A stretch of 64,000 bases of DNA from an uncultured bacterium (GTDB lineage: Bacteria; Deinococcota; Deinococci; Deinococcales; Trueperaceae): NCBI GenBank assembly GCA_964549045.1, contig CAZJUA010000022.1, positions 33,422 to 97,421 of the forward strand, written 5' to 3'. Made by a program: the position numbers and the translations under genes. The notes beneath the pieces are model-generated. The model ran no database searches. It was not told where the DNA came from and worked only from the letters and a program-made list of their open reading frames with translations. Positions 1-10,222 of this stretch are shown piece by piece. Numbering within the stretch: position 1 is the stretch's first letter; each line of letters opens with the position of its first letter.

Positions 1-438
1 GTGCGCGAAGTAGGCGTGATCGCCGTCTTCGATGCCCGCCAACAGGGGTGCGTCGCCCCACGGTCGGAGGGCGTTCCAGCCCATGTGGGGCACGCTGACG
101 TCCGCGGCCGGGAAGCGAACGACCCGACCCCGGAGGAGGCCGAGGCCCTCGACCCCGGGCGCCTCGTCGGAACCCTCCATCAGCAACTGCAGCCCGACGC
201 AGATGCCCAGGAAGGGCTTGTGCTCGGCGAGATGGCGCCGCACGACGCCCTCGAAGCCGCTGGCCTCGAACGCGGTCATCACCTGGCCGAAGTGCCCCTG
301 CCCGGGAAGCACCAGGGCATCGGACTCGCCCGCCGCCCCGGGATCGCGCGTCCGGAAGGCCGGAACGCCGGCGGCGGCCAGGGCCTTCGCGACGCTGTGC
401 AGGTTGCCCGCGCCGTAGTCGATCAGCGCGACGCGCAT
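1..438 (-). CDS. hisH: Imidazole glycerol phosphate synthase glutaminase subunit HisH (partial; C-terminus lies beyond the window start)
   Basis: Not in the ORF track because it runs off the edge. My reverse-strand translation from the ATG (comp 436-438) reads MRVALIDYGAGNLHSVAKALAAAG..LVLPGQGHFG..PFLGICVGLQLL..VPHMGWN, a HisH/class-I amidotransferase pattern. It lies 4 nt downstream of hisB. Confidence 0.85.
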   Translation of the reverse strand, partial: MRVALIDYGAGNLHSVAKALAAAGVPAFRTRDPGAAGESDALVLPGQGHFGQVMTAFEASGFEGVVRRHLAEHKPFLGICVGLQLLMEGSDEAPGVEGLGLLRGRVVRFPAADVSVPHMGWNALRPWGDAPLLAGIEDGDHAYFAH

Positions 439-442
439 CGCT

Positions 443-1027
443 TCACAGCATCCCTTTGGTCGACGGCAGGGCGTGGCCGGTGACGCGGGCCGCCGCGTAC
501 AACGCCCTCGCGAAGGCCTTCATCACCGCTTCGCAGCCGTGGTGGGGGTCACCGGTCGCGAGCCAGCGGACGTGGATGGTGGCCCGAGCATGGTTCGCGA
601 ACCCGCGCAAGAACTCGCGCAGGTGGAAGGTCGAGAAGCCGCCGACGTCGCCCGGCACCGCAGCGGGATCGAACGCGAGGAAGGGACGGCCCGACAGGTC
701 GACGACCACGTGAACCAGCGTCTCGTCCATCGGGACGAACGCGTCCGCGTAGCGCTCGATGCCCAGCGCGTCGCCCAGCGCCTCGCGCCACGCCTGGCCG
801 AGGGTGATGCCGACGTCCTCGGCGAGGTGGTGCACGTCGATGTGCAGGTCGCCCTCGGCGGTGACCTCGAGGCCGAGCCGCCCGTGGCGGACGAGCTGCT
901 CGAGGAGGTGATCGAGGAACCCGTGACCGGTCGCCGGCTCGCCCCGACCACCGCCGTCCAGGTCGAGGTTCACGCGCACGTCGGTCTCGCGGGTCACGCG
1001 CTGGATCTCGGATCGGCGTTCAGGCAT
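443..1027 (-). CDS. hisB: Imidazoleglycerol-phosphate dehydratase
   Basis: 194-aa ORF. The motifs RVTRETDVRVNLDLDG, GHGFLDHLLEQL and HHLAEDVGI are typical of IGPD. Its start overlaps the hisC stop by 8 nt. Confidence 0.95.
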   Translation of the reverse strand: MPERRSEIQRVTRETDVRVNLDLDGGGRGEPATGHGFLDHLLEQLVRHGRLGLEVTAEGDLHIDVHHLAEDVGITLGQAWREALGDALGIERYADAFVPMDETLVHVVVDLSGRPFLAFDPAAVPGDVGGFSTFHLREFLRGFANHARATIHVRWLATGDPHHGCEAVMKAFARALYAAARVTGHALPSTKGML

Positions 1028-2096
1028 GCGGCACCCCGTTCACCCGCGTCAGCGCGTCCCACGCCCGCAGGAAGGCGTCGTTCTCGTCGCGGCTGCCGAC
1101 GGTCACGCGAAGTGCGCCGGCCAACCCGGGGAGGTGGTCCTGGCGGCGGACGAGCACACCGCGTTCCAAGAGCCCGCGGTGGGTCGCGCCGGCGTCGGCC
1201 ACGCTCAGCAGGAGGAAGTTCGTCACGCTGGGCACGAAGCGCACGCCCCGGTCGCGGAGCTCGGCGACCAGCCGCTCGCGCTCCGCGACGGTCGCGCGCA
1301 CGCGCTCGTCGATCGACTCGGGCGCGTCGAGCACCGCGTCACCGACCGCGAGCTGCAGGGCCGACACCGAGAACGGCAGCACCACCTTGCGCAGCTCCAC
1401 CGCCAACGTCGGATGCGCGACGGCGTAGCCGAGGCGGGCACCGGCCAGGCCGAAGGCCTTCGAGAGGGTGCGCAGCAGCACCACGCGTGGAAAGGCCCGC
1501 GCGAGCGACGTGTGATCGGAGCCGGCGAACTCGGCGTAGGCCTCGTCGATCACGATCGTCCAGCCCGGACCCGCCGCCTCGGCGACCCGCTGCAGGTCTC
1601 CCGGATCGACGGCGTTGCCGGTCGGCGCCAGCGGGGCGGGGAGGAAGGCGACGCCCGAACCGGCGGCGACCGCGTCGATCACGGCCTCCGTCGGGAAGGC
1701 ATGGTCTGGCCCGAGCGGCACCTCGCGCAGCTCGGAACCGAGCAGCCGCGCCTGCTGGGCGTACAGCGGGAAGGAGGGGCTCAGGGCCACGGCGCGCCGA
1801 CCCAGACCCGAGAGGACGACCAGCGCCTGGATCAGGACGTTCGAGCCGCCGGCGACGACGACGCCGTCCGCCGGCCAGTCGTGGCGCGCGGCCAGCCGGG
1901 CGGCGAGCCCGTCCGCGTGGAGGGCCGGGTAGCGGTGCCACTCGGCCGCCGCCACCCGCGCCAGGGCGGCCGCCCGCAGCGGCGCCGGGAGGTCGTTCGG
2001 GCTCTCGTTCTGATCGAGCTTGACGAGCGCGGGGCGTGCCTCGAAGCGGTACGCGGGCACCGCCCGGACTTCCGGCCTGACGTTCATCGCATCCAT
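1020..2096 (-). CDS. hisC: Histidinol-phosphate aminotransferase
   Basis: 358-aa ORF with the class-II aminotransferase PLP-lysine motif TLSKAFGLAGARLGY. It sits in a his gene context, and a GGAG lies 8 nt upstream of the start. Confidence 0.9.
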   Translation of the reverse strand: MDAMNVRPEVRAVPAYRFEARPALVKLDQNESPNDLPAPLRAAALARVAAAEWHRYPALHADGLAARLAARHDWPADGVVVAGGSNVLIQALVVLSGLGRRAVALSPSFPLYAQQARLLGSELREVPLGPDHAFPTEAVIDAVAAGSGVAFLPAPLAPTGNAVDPGDLQRVAEAAGPGWTIVIDEAYAEFAGSDHTSLARAFPRVVLLRTLSKAFGLAGARLGYAVAHPTLAVELRKVVLPFSVSALQLAVGDAVLDAPESIDERVRATVAERERLVAELRDRGVRFVPSVTNFLLLSVADAGATHRGLLERGVLVRRQDHLPGLAGALRVTVGSRDENDAFLRAWDALTRVNGVPHA

Positions 2097-2108
2097 GCCC
2101 GCGGCTCC

Positions 2109-4274
2109 TCAGCGACCGGCCCGACGTCGGGCATCGTCGATGACCGACCCGGCGACGCCCGCCAGCGACGGGTCGATCGCGAGCGCCTCGTCGAACGCGT
2201 CGGCCGCCAGGGCGAAGCGCGAGAGGCCGTAGTAGGTCAGGCCGAGGTTGAGATGCGCGCGCGCGTTGCCAGGGTCCGCCTCGAGCGCCAGCCGGAGCGT
2301 CTCGAGGGCGAGATCGAGGCGACCGACCTGCAGCTGCGCGTAGCCGAGGTTGTTGAGCAACACGCCGTTGTCGCCAAGCCCGTCCCGCGCGGCCTCGTAG
2401 GCACCGATGGCGCCGCGCGGGTCGCCGAGGACCTGCCGGGCGTAGCCTTCGTAGAAGGCCAGCAGCCCCGCGTCGTCGAAGCCACGCGCCCGCACGAAGG
2501 CGTCGCGCGCCGTCACCATGTCGCCGTTCTCCAGGGCGAAGAGGCCCTGCTCGAAGGCGGTCGAGGCCTCCGGCGCCAGGGCGACCGCGTCGCCGCCCGA
2601 GACCCGACGCTGGTCCGCGAGGACGGCCAACGCGCGCTCCGCCAGAGCGCCGGCCTCGAGCGTGCGAGCGTCCGCGCCGGGCGCGCCCGCGCCACTCACC
2701 ACCTCCTCGAGCATGGCGCTCGCCTCGTCGACGCTTCCGATCCGACCGAGGGCGATCGCGTAGAGCGTTCGCCGCAGCGCGTCGGCCTCACCGGCGGCGA
2801 CGCGCGGCTCCAGCGTCGTCAGGGCGGCCCTGGCGCGGCCGGCGGCCAACTCGATCCGGGCGCTGCGCAGGTCGGCGTCGTCGTCGACATCGGCGACGGT
2901 CGACAACCACGACTGGGCCTCGTCGAAGCGACCCTGCGAGGCCAGTGCCTCGGCGAACGCGACGACCTCGCGGAGCGGGGCCGCGCCCGTCTCGACCCAG
3001 GCCGCGAGAGCGGCGGCGGCGCCGTCGGCGTCGCCGGAGGCCCGCAGCAGGTCGATCTCCAGGCGGCGCAGGTCGGGGTCGTCGGGGAAGGCGGTGCGGC
3101 CCTCGCGGGCGAAGAGGAGGGCGTCCCGCGCCACCTCGGTCGGCAGGCGCGCGGCCAGGAGGTAGATCGCCGGCCGACGACCGACGGGATCGCCGGCGGC
3201 CGAACGCAGCAGTTCGATGGCACCACGCGCGTCACCGGCGTCGAGCGCCGCATCGACCAGCGCCAACTGCACGGCCACGGAGTCGGGCAGCCAGGCGCTG
3301 GCACGCCGCAGCAGCTGGATGACGCGGGCGGGTGAGGTCTGCAGTTCCGCGAGCGCCAGGTGCGCGTCGACCTGGCGCGGCGCCACGGCGATCGCCGCCT
3401 CGAGCAGCTCGGCCGCGCGCTCGGGCCCGACCCCGGATCGCGCCAGGCCCGCCAGCGCGACGCCGTGGGCGGGGTTGGCGCTCAGCGCCGCCTCGAACGC
3501 CTCGCCGGCCGCCGGGTCGTCGCGGGCAAGGCGCACCATGCCGAGCAACGCGTAGGCCTCGGCGTGGGCCCCGAGTTCGACGGCGCGCTCGGCCTCGTCG
3601 AGCGCACGCTCCGTGTCGCCGGCGATCGCCGCGACCCGAGCGAGCTCGCCGGTGACCCACGAGGAGTCGGGGTCCAACGCGGCCGCGGCCTCGAGCTGGT
3701 CGAGCCGAACGCCTGGAACGCGGGCGCTGGAACTGCCGACCGGACCGAGGCTCGGCAGGGACGGCACGTCCCCGAGGACGCGCCGCAGGTCGGCCAGGTC
3801 GGCCAGGCTGGGCGCGATGCCGGCGAGCCCGAGGACGCCATCGGCAGCCTCCCGCCACAGCGCGGCCAGGTCGCCGAGGCGACCGCTCACCGTCGTCGCG
3901 CCTTCCTCGCCGGCCTGCGTGGCGACGACGAGTTCGATCGTCAGGGCGTCGCTGCCGCGGATCCGGCCGAGCACGACGGCGTCGGCGGCGAAGACGCGGC
4001 GGATCTCGGCCAGCACGTCGCCGCCTGCGTCGGAGACGCGCTGCGCCACGACCGCGACGTCACCGACGGCCGGCACGTAGACGCCGTCGATCTCGTTGAT
4101 GGCCCGCTGCAGGGCACTCGGGAACGCCAACGCGAACGCGTCGATCGACGCCTCGACGTCGAAGGGCAGGAGGACGATCCGTTGCGCGCTGGCTTGGGCG
4201 CTCGCGGCGCCGGCGAGCGTCAGCAGGAGCCCGGCGAGCGTCGCCACGAAGGTGCGTCGAAGGAAGGGTCGCAT
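2109..4274 (-). CDS. Secreted tetratricopeptide-repeat (TPR) protein
   Basis: 721 aa with an N-terminal signal peptide (MRPFLRRTFVATLAGLLLTLAGAASAQA). The rest consists of many Ala/Leu-rich 34-aa TPR-like repeats (e.g. AYNNLGYAQLQVGRLDLALETLRLALEADP). It is the first gene of the unit that continues into hisCBH. Confidence 0.8.
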   Translation of the reverse strand: MRPFLRRTFVATLAGLLLTLAGAASAQASAQRIVLLPFDVEASIDAFALAFPSALQRAINEIDGVYVPAVGDVAVVAQRVSDAGGDVLAEIRRVFAADAVVLGRIRGSDALTIELVVATQAGEEGATTVSGRLGDLAALWREAADGVLGLAGIAPSLADLADLRRVLGDVPSLPSLGPVGSSSARVPGVRLDQLEAAAALDPDSSWVTGELARVAAIAGDTERALDEAERAVELGAHAEAYALLGMVRLARDDPAAGEAFEAALSANPAHGVALAGLARSGVGPERAAELLEAAIAVAPRQVDAHLALAELQTSPARVIQLLRRASAWLPDSVAVQLALVDAALDAGDARGAIELLRSAAGDPVGRRPAIYLLAARLPTEVARDALLFAREGRTAFPDDPDLRRLEIDLLRASGDADGAAAALAAWVETGAAPLREVVAFAEALASQGRFDEAQSWLSTVADVDDDADLRSARIELAAGRARAALTTLEPRVAAGEADALRRTLYAIALGRIGSVDEASAMLEEVVSGAGAPGADARTLEAGALAERALAVLADQRRVSGGDAVALAPEASTAFEQGLFALENGDMVTARDAFVRARGFDDAGLLAFYEGYARQVLGDPRGAIGAYEAARDGLGDNGVLLNNLGYAQLQVGRLDLALETLRLALEADPGNARAHLNLGLTYYGLSRFALAADAFDEALAIDPSLAGVAGSVIDDARRRAGR

Positions 4275-4280
4275 CGGGGG

Positions 4281-4286
4281 AGTCTA
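4281..4286 (-). promoter_or_regulatory. -10 element (cggTAGACT) 6 nt upstream of the TPR gene ATG; leaderless-type promoter
   Basis: The minus-sense sequence reads gcggTAGACTcccccgATG, with no SD. Confidence 0.45.
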
Positions 4287-4333
4287 CCGCGACCGCGTGA
4301 GAAGCTCGGGGACCTGCGCGCCGCGGGGCGCGC

Positions 4334-4753
4334 TCAGTCCTGCAAGCGGAACCCGTCGGGCAGCAGGCTGGCGACGCTCGTGCGCCACGCCCCCACGTCG
4401 TTGACCAGGTAGACCGTCGCGTCGGGACCGAACTCACTCAGGACCTGCCGACAGGCCCCGCAGGGGCTGGCGGGCGGGTCGGCCGTCGTCACGACGACGA
4501 TCTCCAGCAAGCGGCGACCGCCGGCGGTCGCCATCGCCTGGACGGCGGACTGCTCCGCGCAGCGGCCGAGTCCGTAGGACGCGTTCTCGACGTTGGCGCC
4601 GGCGTGGACGCGTCCCTCGCCGTCGCGCAGGGCGGCGCCGACCGAGAAGCCGGAGTATGGCGCGTAGGCGTTTGCCCAGGCCGCGCGCGCCGCGGCGAGC
4701 AGATCCGCCGGGACGGCGTCCCGCGGGATGGCCTCGAGCACGCTCGCGCTCAT
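4334..4753 (-). CDS. cdd: Cytidine deaminase
   Basis: The track ORF 4334-4996 is trimmed to the internal ATG at 4753, which overlaps the dgkA stop as ATGA. The protein carries the zinc motifs CAEQSA and PCGACRQ. Confidence 0.9.
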   Translation of the reverse strand: MSASVLEAIPRDAVPADLLAAARAAWANAYAPYSGFSVGAALRDGEGRVHAGANVENASYGLGRCAEQSAVQAMATAGGRRLLEIVVVTTADPPASPCGACRQVLSEFGPDATVYLVNDVGAWRTSVASLLPDGFRLQD

Positions 4754-5124
4754 GGCACCGCGGCCCCGGTGACGCGTGCCCAGAGTGCCGGCCCCAAGGC
4801 CACGAGACCGATCAGCACCGAGAACCCGGCGGCGATGAGCACCGCACCGGCGGCGGCATCCTTGGCGGCGGCCGCCAGGGGCTGCCGCTCGGGCGACACC
4901 AGGTCGACGGTGGCCTCCAGCGCGGTGTTCACCATCTCGGCGACCAGCACGATCGCGCTGGCCATGAGCACGGCCAGGAGCCCGGCCTGCAGCCACACGG
5001 CCAGGGCGACCGCGGCCGTCCCGGCGAGCACCTCGAAGCGGAAGTGCGGCTGGCCGCGCCAGGCGTGGCGCACGCCGGCGGAGGCGGCCGCGACGGACGC
5101 CGCGAAGGCTCGCGGCCGCGTCAT
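4750..5124 (-). CDS. dgkA: Diacylglycerol/undecaprenol kinase (DgkA family)
   Basis: The track ORF is trimmed to the ATG at 5124, which overlaps the ybeY stop as ATGA. The 124-aa product has 3 TM helices and the EMVNTALEATVD..AKDAAAGAVL core typical of DgkA. Confidence 0.85.
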   Translation of the reverse strand: MTRPRAFAASVAAASAGVRHAWRGQPHFRFEVLAGTAAVALAVWLQAGLLAVLMASAIVLVAEMVNTALEATVDLVSPERQPLAAAAKDAAAGAVLIAAGFSVLIGLVALGPALWARVTGAAVP

Positions 5125-5618
5125 GCCGGCACCCGCAGGCTCCGGTACGCGGCGCGCGAGCGGTCGACGGCCGTGGCCTCGGCCTCCGCCAGGGCCTGCA
5201 CGGCCTCGAACGGCGCCCACTCGGCCGTCGAGCGGTGGTCGAGACCGATCAGGTGCAGCAGGCCGTGGCTGGCGAGCACGGTGACCTCGTGCCAGGCGGG
5301 TCGGCCGCGCGTGCGGGCCTGGCGCCTCGCGGTGTCGAGGCTGATGACGACGTCGCCGAGGTGGGCGATGCGCGGGAAGCCCGCGTCGTCGGGCTCGTGC
5401 AGCGGGTACGCCAGCACGTCCGTCGGGCCGTCGACGCCGCGGTCCGCGAGGTTGCGCTCGGCGATCGCGGCATCGTCGACCAAGACGACGGTCATCTCCG
5501 GCTCCGCCCCGCCCGGCGGGCGCGGCAGGGGGACGACGGCGGCCACGCGCCGCAGCGCCCGGGTGAGCCGTTCACGCCGCCGGAAGCGGCCTGTCTCGTC
5601 CAGAACCTCGATCAGCAC
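5121..5618 (-). CDS. ybeY: Endoribonuclease YbeY (rRNA maturation factor)
   Basis: 165 aa with the HGLLHLIGLDH zinc-binding motif. The GTG start at 5618 overlaps the pgpH tail by 47 nt, so the exact start is uncertain. Confidence 0.9.
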   Translation of the reverse strand: MLIEVLDETGRFRRRERLTRALRRVAAVVPLPRPPGGAEPEMTVVLVDDAAIAERNLADRGVDGPTDVLAYPLHEPDDAGFPRIAHLGDVVISLDTARRQARTRGRPAWHEVTVLASHGLLHLIGLDHRSTAEWAPFEAVQALAEAEATAVDRSRAAYRSLRVPA

Positions 5619-7516
5619 GCTTCAGACCTCGAATCTCGTCGGCGTCGGGGTAGGAGATGCGCCGGTGAAGGATGGCGGTGAGCATCCGCTCGAAGGTGGC
5701 CGCGATGACCTCCAGGTCGTGGAGGTTGAGCTGACTCTGGGAGAGCTGGTCGTCCTGCAGCCGCTGCTCGAAGAGCCGGTCGATCAGCGCGCGAATGCTG
5801 CCCTGCGTGGGGTCACCGAGCGTCCGGGCGGCCGACTCGACCGCATCGGCGAGCATGAGCACCGCCGTCTCCTTGCTCCGCGGCCGCGGGCCGGGGTAGC
5901 GGAAGTTGAGCTCGCTGACGGACGAGGTGTCCTCCAGGGCGCGCTTGTAGAAGTAGGCCAGGACCGTCGTGCCGTGGTGCTCGAGGACGAAGGGCTCGAG
6001 TTCGCGCGGCATGCGGTAGGCACGGAGCAGCTCCAGTCCGTCGCGGACGTGACTCGTGATGATCAGGTAGGAGAGATGGGGGCTGATGCGGTCGTGCGGG
6101 TTGTCGCCGCCGAACTGGTTCTCGACGAAGAACTGCGGCCGGCGCATCTTGCCGACGTCGTGGTAGAGGGCACCCACCCGGGCGAGCAGCGCGTCGCCGC
6201 CGACGGCGGCGACGGCGGGCTCCACGAGGTTGGAGATGATCAACGAGTGCTGGTAGCTCCCGGGCGCCTCCACGAGCAGGCGCTGCAGCAACGGGTGGCT
6301 CGGCGACGACAGCTCGAGCAGCCGGAAGCCCGTGAGGAAGCCGGCCCCGACCTCGAAGAGCGGCAGCAGGCCCAGCGCCAGCACCCCCGCCAGGACGCCA
6401 CCCGCGACGAAGGCCGCGAAGGCGACGGCCGTCGCCCAGGGGGACAGCCCCCCGCCGACCAGCACCCAGGCCACCAGGGCCACGCCACCGGCGACGCCGC
6501 CCACGGCGCCGGCGGCGACGATGGCCGGCCGAGCCTGGACGTTGCGAACGCTGCGGACGGCCACGATGGCGCCGACGAGGGTCGCCAGGAGCGTGACCAT
6601 GGGCGTCGAGGGGACGAGGACGGCGGTGACCACCGCCATCCAGCCTGCCCACAGCAGCGCGACCTCGTGCGACACCAGGACGGCGACCAGCAGCGGCACG
6701 AGCATCGCCAGCACGAAGCTGGGGGAGAGCTCGAGCGCGAAGCGCTGCAGGACGACCACCGCCAGCGTCAAGGCGACGAGGGCGGCGATCTGCTCCGGCC
6801 GGTACCGGGGCGACAGCCGCGCGGCGACGAACGGCAGCGGCGCCGACGCGATGAGCGCCAGCAGCAGGGCGCCCAGCGCGATGAGGGCCGATCGGCCGCG
6901 CGCCTCGCTGCCGGGGTTGTACAGGCCGGCTGCCTCGAGCGTGGTGAGTGCGTCGGTGGAGACGGGCTCGCCCTCGCGGAGGACGACCTGCCCCGCCGCC
7001 AGCGAGCGCCACACGATCGGCACGGCGTTGGCGGTCGCGGCGCGGGCGGCCTCGGTCAGCTGCGGGTCGGGCACGGCGGTGGCGATCAGGCGCTCGCGCA
7101 GTGCGGCGGCGACCTCCTCGCGCCGCTCGGGCGCGGCCGCGTCGGTCGCGCGCCGGATGAGGTCGTCGACCTCGTCCCAGCGGACGCCGCTCGGATCGGC
7201 GTAGCGGGTCTCGACCAGGGCCGCGACCGCCTCGGGCAGGTCGATCGCGTCGAGCGCGTCCAGGACGACGACGCGCAGCTCCGGATCGGCGCTCGTGAGC
7301 TCGGGCACCTGGCGCCTTGCGGCCTGCCGTCGCGCCTCGGTCGCGCGTCGATCGACCACCTGCAGCTCCACCGGGGCGACGAACGTCTGGGGACTCGGCT
7401 CGCCGACGACGAGCGTCCGGCGCGTGGGGGCGTCGTACACGGAGAACAGCACGACCGCCAAGGTCGCGACGAAGCCGAGTCCGGCCAACCGCCACGGCGC
7501 CCGCTTGGGCGACCGC

Positions 7517-7533
<17 letters not shown>
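5572..7533 (-). CDS. pgpH: 7TM-receptor/HD-domain phosphohydrolase (YqfF/PgpH-like, HDIG)
   Basis: 653 aa with an N-terminal TM helix plus extracellular region, a 7-TM block and a C-terminal HD domain (GALYHDVGK..HH). Its position between phoH and ybeY matches Bacillus. Confidence 0.8.
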
Positions 7534-8451
<918 letters not shown>

Positions 8452-8455
<4 letters not shown>

Positions 8456-9225
8456 CGTTCCGGGAATGGGCCGCCTCCGACACGGCGGCGCGCGCGCGGC
8501 GCGCCGAGCACCTGATGCCACACGATGCCCGCGAACACGGCGTCGGCGTCGTAGCGCAACGCGCCCTGGCGGACGGCACGCCGCTCCACGGAGCCGGCGA
8601 GCCGCTCGACCTCCAGTTGCGGGGCGTTCGCGCGCAGGTCGCGGGGCGACGGGCCGTCGTCCGGCGTCGTCGTGCGGCGCCCCTCGCGGCCGAGGAAGGG
8701 TGAGGGCATGCGATCGCCCGGCGCGCCCCCGGAGCCGACCGGCGCGCCGCTCAGGGTGCGGGCGCCGCCGCTGACGAGCGGGCCGCGCGCGCGTGCCCGC
8801 GGGTCGAAGCCGGAGCCGATCGGCGCCCCGCTGATCGTCCGCGGTGCGCCACTGACGAGCGGCGCCCGCGCCCGCGCCCGGGGGTCGTCCGGGGGGGCGA
8901 CCGGGACGGCGGGCGCGCCACGCTGCTCCATCGCGCGCTGCACGCGCGCGCGGGCCTCGGCGAGGCGGCGGGCGAGGTCGTCGTCGTCGATCGGCGGGAA
9001 CGGCGCCGTGCCGCCCTCACCGGCGGTGGACGGGGCCGGTCCCCGGGTCGAGGCCGGATCCCCGCCCGCCGACGGCAGCCCCGTGGGGCTTCCCGTCCGC
9101 GGACGCGCCGGCGGTCGCCCGGGCGCCCCGGGCGCACCGCCACGCCGCTGCTGCTGTCTCGTGATCGACGGGAGGATCACGAAGACCACGAACAGCAACA
9201 GGACCAGCAGGTCGCCGAAGCTCAA
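8452..9225 (-). CDS. Membrane-anchored Pro/Gly/Arg-rich protein with two 27-aa repeats (occupies the yqfB position)
   Basis: 257 aa with a TTG start 7 nt after the floA stop. It has an N-terminal TM helix (LLVLLLFVVFVILP), a low-complexity linker, and duplicated DPRARAR.PLVSG..RT.SGAP.GSG units. I recognise no family. Confidence 0.55.
8731..8892 (-). repeat. Two tandem 81-nt (27-aa) coding repeats
   Basis: The unit starting GGAGCCGA(C/T)CGGCGC recurs with a period of 81 nt (8731 and 8812). It encodes DPRARAR.PLVSG..RT.SGAP.GSG. Confidence 0.7.
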
Positions 9226-9232
9226 GCTTCCC

Positions 9233-10210
9233 TCACTTCTTGCGCTCGTCGCCCTCGGTCGAGCGGGCGATGTTGGCGCGCATGTCGGTGTCCGACTCGA
9301 TGTTGCGCAGGTTGTAGTAATCCATCACGCCGAGGTTCCCGGCCTTGAAGGCCTCCGCGATGGCCAGCGGCACCTGCGCTTCCGCCTCCACGACCTTGGC
9401 GCGCATCGCCTCGACGTGGGCGCGGTTCTCCTGCTCGGCCGCGACGGCCATCGCCCGACGCTCCTCGGCCTTGGCCTGCGCGACGCGCTTGTCGGCCTCG
9501 GCCTGGTCGGTCTGCAGCTCGGCGCCGATGTTGCGCCCGACGTTGACGTCGGCGATGTCGATCGACAGGATCTCGAACGCCGTGCCCGCGTCGAGGCCCT
9601 TCGAGAGCACCGTCTTCGAGATGACGTCGGGGTTCTCGAGCACCTTCTTGTGGGTATCGGTCGAACCGATCGACGACACGATGCCCTCGCCGACGCGGGC
9701 GATGATCGTCTCTTCACCCGCACCGCCGACCAGCCGTTCCAGGTTGGCGCGGACCGTGACGCGGGCCGTGCTGATCAACTCGATGCCGTCCTTGGCGACC
9801 GCCGAGACGTTCGGCGTCTGGATGACACGCGGGTTGACCGACACCTTCACCGCGTCGAGCACGTCACGCCCCGCGAGGTCGATCGCCGCCGCGCGGTCGA
9901 AGGGGAGGGCGATGCGCGCCTTGTCGGCGGCGATGAGGGCGTCGACCACGCGGTCGACGTTGCCGCCCGCGAGGAAGTGCGCCTCGAGCTGGTCCTGCGT
10001 GACGTCGATCCCGGCCTTGTCGGCCTTGATCAGGGGCAGGATGATCCGGTGCGGCGGCACGCGCCGAAGCCGCATCGCGACGAGGCTGAGGAGGCTGACC
10101 TTGACGCCGGCCGCGACCGCGGAGACCCACAGGCCGACCGGGATGATGGTGAACAGGACGAGGAAGAAGAGGATGATGGCGCCGGCGAGGACGAGGATTC
10201 CGATGTCCAT
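9233..10210 (-). CDS. floA: Flotillin-like protein FloA (YqfA/UPF0365 family)
   Basis: 325 aa. The N-terminal hairpin [32 protein letters not shown] is followed by an SPFH-like body and a coiled-coil tail, matching FloA. Confidence 0.9.
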   Translation of the reverse strand: MDIGILVLAGAIILFFLVLFTIIPVGLWVSAVAAGVKVSLLSLVAMRLRRVPPHRIILPLIKADKAGIDVTQDQLEAHFLAGGNVDRVVDALIAADKARIALPFDRAAAIDLAGRDVLDAVKVSVNPRVIQTPNVSAVAKDGIELISTARVTVRANLERLVGGAGEETIIARVGEGIVSSIGSTDTHKKVLENPDVISKTVLSKGLDAGTAFEILSIDIADVNVGRNIGAELQTDQAEADKRVAQAKAEERRAMAVAAEQENRAHVEAMRAKVVEAEAQVPLAIAEAFKAGNLGVMDYYNLRNIESDTDMRANIARSTEGDERKK

Positions 10211-10222
10211 GGGTGAGCTCCT

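Noticed and set aside
1-483. 160-aa plus-strand edge ORF
   Set aside because: The opposite strand encodes a clean HisH N-terminal 146 residues directly downstream of hisB. The plus-strand product has no recognisable features.
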